Of a stretch of DNA of 64,000 bases, positions 61,435-64,000 are shown in pieces. Both the position numbers and the translations under genes were made by a program. The DNA is from Promethearchaeota archaeon (GTDB taxonomy: Archaea; Asgardarchaeota; Lokiarchaeia; Sigyniarchaeales; SOKP01), in assembly GCA_048937405.1 (NCBI GenBank), contig JBHLNF010000001.1:352001-416000 (forward strand), given 5' to 3'. Below the pieces are notes generated by a model. That model was not told the DNA's origin and made no database searches. It saw only the letters and a list, made by a program, of their open reading frames with translations. Each line of letters opens with the position of its first letter. The stretch's first letter is position 1.

Positions 61435-61746
61435 CTAATTCCCTCCAGATTTTGTTAATTCTTCATATTTACTAGGATTGTATCCTACTACAACTTCATT
61501 ATCACAAATCATATATGGATATGAAACTCTATTTTGATATGTATATTTTAGATATTCGATTATTTGTAATTTTTCTATAGGTTTAATTTTATCAACATCT
61601 ACATATCTATATTGTATATCATTTTCTTCCAACCAAGTTTTGCATTTTTTACACCACATACAAGTAGATAATGTTAAAAGAATGATATCTCTATTTTTCT
61701 TAGAGCCTTTAACGGTTTTTGCTAGCTTCTCTATAGTTTTTAACAT
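61435..61746 (-). CDS. Glutaredoxin/NrdH-like protein
   Basis: LSTCMWCKK, SYP, VVGYN. Confidence 0.88.
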   Translation of the reverse strand: MLKTIEKLAKTVKGSKKNRDIILLTLSTCMWCKKCKTWLEENDIQYRYVDVDKIKPIEKLQIIEYLKYTYQNRVSYPYMICDNEVVVGYNPSKYEELTKSGGN

Positions 61747-61784
61747 AATTTTATTTTCCCCTCATTTTTAAAAAAGTTTTTGCT

Positions 61785-62234
61785 TTAATTTGCTTTAATC
61801 CTCAGTTTCCATTGTGGATCGATACACTCAAAAGCTTCTATAGTCAATGTTCTAATATCACTATGACAAGAATCTAATAAAATACCTAAATGCTCAAGTG
61901 CTCTCTTATCTCCAATTTTCATAAGACTTTCTATAATTATAAATAATCTTGTTTTATCTTGATGTTCTTCAGGTTTCTCTAGTTCCACATTTAAAAAATC
62001 TATAATTGGCATTGTTGCTTTTGGGTCTCCAATTTCACCCATTGCTTCAATAATTCGATTAATTACTACAGCATCTTTTTCTGCTTTTAACGCTCTAAAT
62101 AATATATTAATTGCTCTACCTTCTTTTAATTGACCAAGATTTTGGGCAGCAAAAGCTCTCTCTTTCCAATTAGAATTATTGAACAAATTTTTTACAAACT
62201 TATTGAATGCTTCATTTCGAGTTTTTTGATCCAT
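61785..62234 (-). CDS. HEAT/PBS-lyase repeat protein
   Basis: RAFAAQNLG, EAMGEIGDPKA, SLMKIGDKRA. Confidence 0.85.
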   Translation of the reverse strand: MDQKTRNEAFNKFVKNLFNNSNWKERAFAAQNLGQLKEGRAINILFRALKAEKDAVVINRIIEAMGEIGDPKATMPIIDFLNVELEKPEEHQDKTRLFIIIESLMKIGDKRALEHLGILLDSCHSDIRTLTIEAFECIDPQWKLRIKAN

Positions 62235-62531
62235 CTTAAGTTTAAAATAAGAATAAGAAATAATAATCTGTCGTTAATAAATTATTAAATATTTTTGAAT
62301 TTAGAATTAAAAATTTAGGGATTTTAATTAAAGTCTTGATAATTCCTCATCTAATCTATTAATATTTTTTTCCAAGTAAAATTAATTATTGAAATGAAAT
62401 AATTTTGATTTGGAAAGCAAGTGTTAATATTTAAAAATAATTCTCAGGTTATTAGCTTATTTTATTTTGTTTAAATCATTAATTATTTTATTTCAATTTG
62501 TTTTATTAGGATCGGCTAAAGGAGTAGTAAT

Positions 62532-63806
62532 ATGTCTGAAGAAAATTTAAAAAATATAAGAAAATGTGTTGAAAATCAAAATTTGTGGCGAGGAAATAAA
62601 ACTATTAATTTAATTGCCTCAGAAAATGTAATAAGCCAAATTGCAAAGTCATTAAGTTACTCAGATTTTGCACATAGATATGCTGAAGGTGTAGTATATC
62701 ATAGAGAGTATCAAGGTCAACGCTTTCAAGATGAAATCGAACAGATTGCTATTGATAGTGTAAAGAAATTGTTCAATTGTAAATTTGCAGATGTACGTTG
62801 TCCTGCTGCAACAACTGCAAATATTGCAATTTATTATGGTTTATGTAATTACGGGGATAAAATTTTTACCTTAAGTGTTCCAAATGGCGCCCATATTTCA
62901 ATGAGAAAATTTGGGGGTGCTGGTCTACGAGGTTTAAAAATTTTTGATATTCCATTTGATTATGATAAATATAATATTGATATGGATCTTTTTGGAAATC
63001 TTATATTGGGCATTAAACCAGATATTATCACTCTAGGAGCAAGTGTGTTTTTATTTCCACATCCTATAGTGGAGATAAAGAAAATCTGTCAAGACATTGG
63101 AACATTTATACACTATGATGGTTCGCATGTACTTGGCTTAATTGCAGGAGGTGAATTTCAAGATCCGCTCCTTGAAGGTGCTGATGTCTTAATGGGTTCA
63201 ACACATAAAACATTTCCTGGACCACAAGGAGCGATTATTTGTACAAATAATGAAAACTTATTTCATAATATAGAGAAAGGAATATTTCCCGGTACAGTTA
63301 GCAATCATCATTTACATAGACTCCCCCCATTAGCTATTGTTTGTGAGGAAATGAATCAATTTGGAAAGGATTATGCAATACAAATAATCAAAAATGCCAA
63401 GACATTCGCATCTGAACTTGATCGGAACGGATTTAATGTCCTTGGTAAAAAATTAGGTTATACAAAATCCCATCAAATTATCATAGATTTATCTGAATTT
63501 GGTAAAGGTCTAAAAAATGCAGAATTACTGGAAAAAGCAGATATAATTACAAATAAAAATTTAATCCATGGTGATGAAGTTGATCTCGCTTCGAATCCCT
63601 CTGGTATTAGACTAGGAGTTCAAGAAATGACGCATGTGGGGATGAAAGAACCAGAATTCAAGATTTTAGCAGAATTTTTCAAGCGTGTTATAATAGATAA
63701 TGAAAATCCTGATAAAATAAAACTAGAAGTTAATGAATTAAGATCAAAATTTCTTAATATTAATTATTCATTTGATGAGCTAGGTGTTTTAAATAATGGA
63801 AACTGA
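62532..63806 (+). CDS. glyA: Serine hydroxymethyltransferase, archaeal type
   Basis: NLIASEN, RYAEG, YDGSHVLGLIAG, STHKTFPGPQG, SGIRLG. Confidence 0.95.
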   Translation: MSEENLKNIRKCVENQNLWRGNKTINLIASENVISQIAKSLSYSDFAHRYAEGVVYHREYQGQRFQDEIEQIAIDSVKKLFNCKFADVRCPAATTANIAIYYGLCNYGDKIFTLSVPNGAHISMRKFGGAGLRGLKIFDIPFDYDKYNIDMDLFGNLILGIKPDIITLGASVFLFPHPIVEIKKICQDIGTFIHYDGSHVLGLIAGGEFQDPLLEGADVLMGSTHKTFPGPQGAIICTNNENLFHNIEKGIFPGTVSNHHLHRLPPLAIVCEEMNQFGKDYAIQIIKNAKTFASELDRNGFNVLGKKLGYTKSHQIIIDLSEFGKGLKNAELLEKADIITNKNLIHGDEVDLASNPSGIRLGVQEMTHVGMKEPEFKILAEFFKRVIIDNENPDKIKLEVNELRSKFLNINYSFDELGVLNNGN

Positions 63807-64000
63807 AGAACAATACTACCTAATTAATGCTATGGGTCAAGATCGACCTGGACTAATCGCAATGCTTACTAAAGTTGTTGCAAATGGGGGTTTCAATATT
63901 ATTGATATAGAACAAAGTGCTCCCCATGGACTTTTTTATATCATTATGATCATTGAGCCTACAGATAAAGCGGTGAATAAACCGTTAACATACTTTAATG
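63796..64000 (+). CDS. Partial ACT-domain protein (possibly phosphoserine phosphatase SerB N-terminus)
   Basis: METEEQYYLINAMGQDRPGLIA...NIIDIEQ; overlaps glyA stop; runs off right edge. Confidence 0.7.
   Translation, partial: METEEQYYLINAMGQDRPGLIAMLTKVVANGGFNIIDIEQSAPHGLFYIIMIIEPTDKAVNKPLTYFN

Noticed and set aside
54089-61746. Selenoproteins/SECIS in the redox cluster
   Set aside because: All redox motifs have Cys and the ORFs are complete; no in-frame TGA or SECIS seen.

Overview
Very AT-rich archaeal DNA, most likely from an Asgard archaeon of the Lokiarchaeia type. This is inferred from archaeal-type AlaS, DtdA, EndoQ-like and SHMT genes together with eukaryotic-signature genes (ubiquitin-like proteins, roadblock, Rag-like GTPase, longin/uDENN domain). 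The window has two parts. (1) About 1-19.6 kb is an accessory, mobile-element-derived mosaic. It holds a TFIIB-architecture protein running off the left edge, small virus/plasmid-like genes framed by paired ~25-29 bp inverted repeats, and an HUH rolling-circle Rep with an upstream array of seven GTAnTACAA sites. The same motif recurs near 19.4-19.5 kb and in the promoter of an RHH-like gene. A duplicated GC-rich structured element with covarying stems flanks a radical SAM gene, and HEPN and PD-(D/E)XK nuclease genes are scattered through the region. (2) About 19.9-64 kb is mostly chromosomal. It carries two Ubl genes, a coiled-coil protein, EndoQ, FtsZ, AlaS, DtdA, three Cys-rich Lrp regulators, an ArsR / Rag-like GTPase / histidine kinase / REC-longin gene run, a thiol-redox cluster (TrxR, two PDOs, FTR, glutaredoxin) and glyA. 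The strongest candidates for new biology are the Rep-linked cassette/structured-DNA system and the two-component-to-Rag GTPase module. All family calls come from motifs read by eye; no searches were run. No rRNA, tRNA or CRISPR array was found.
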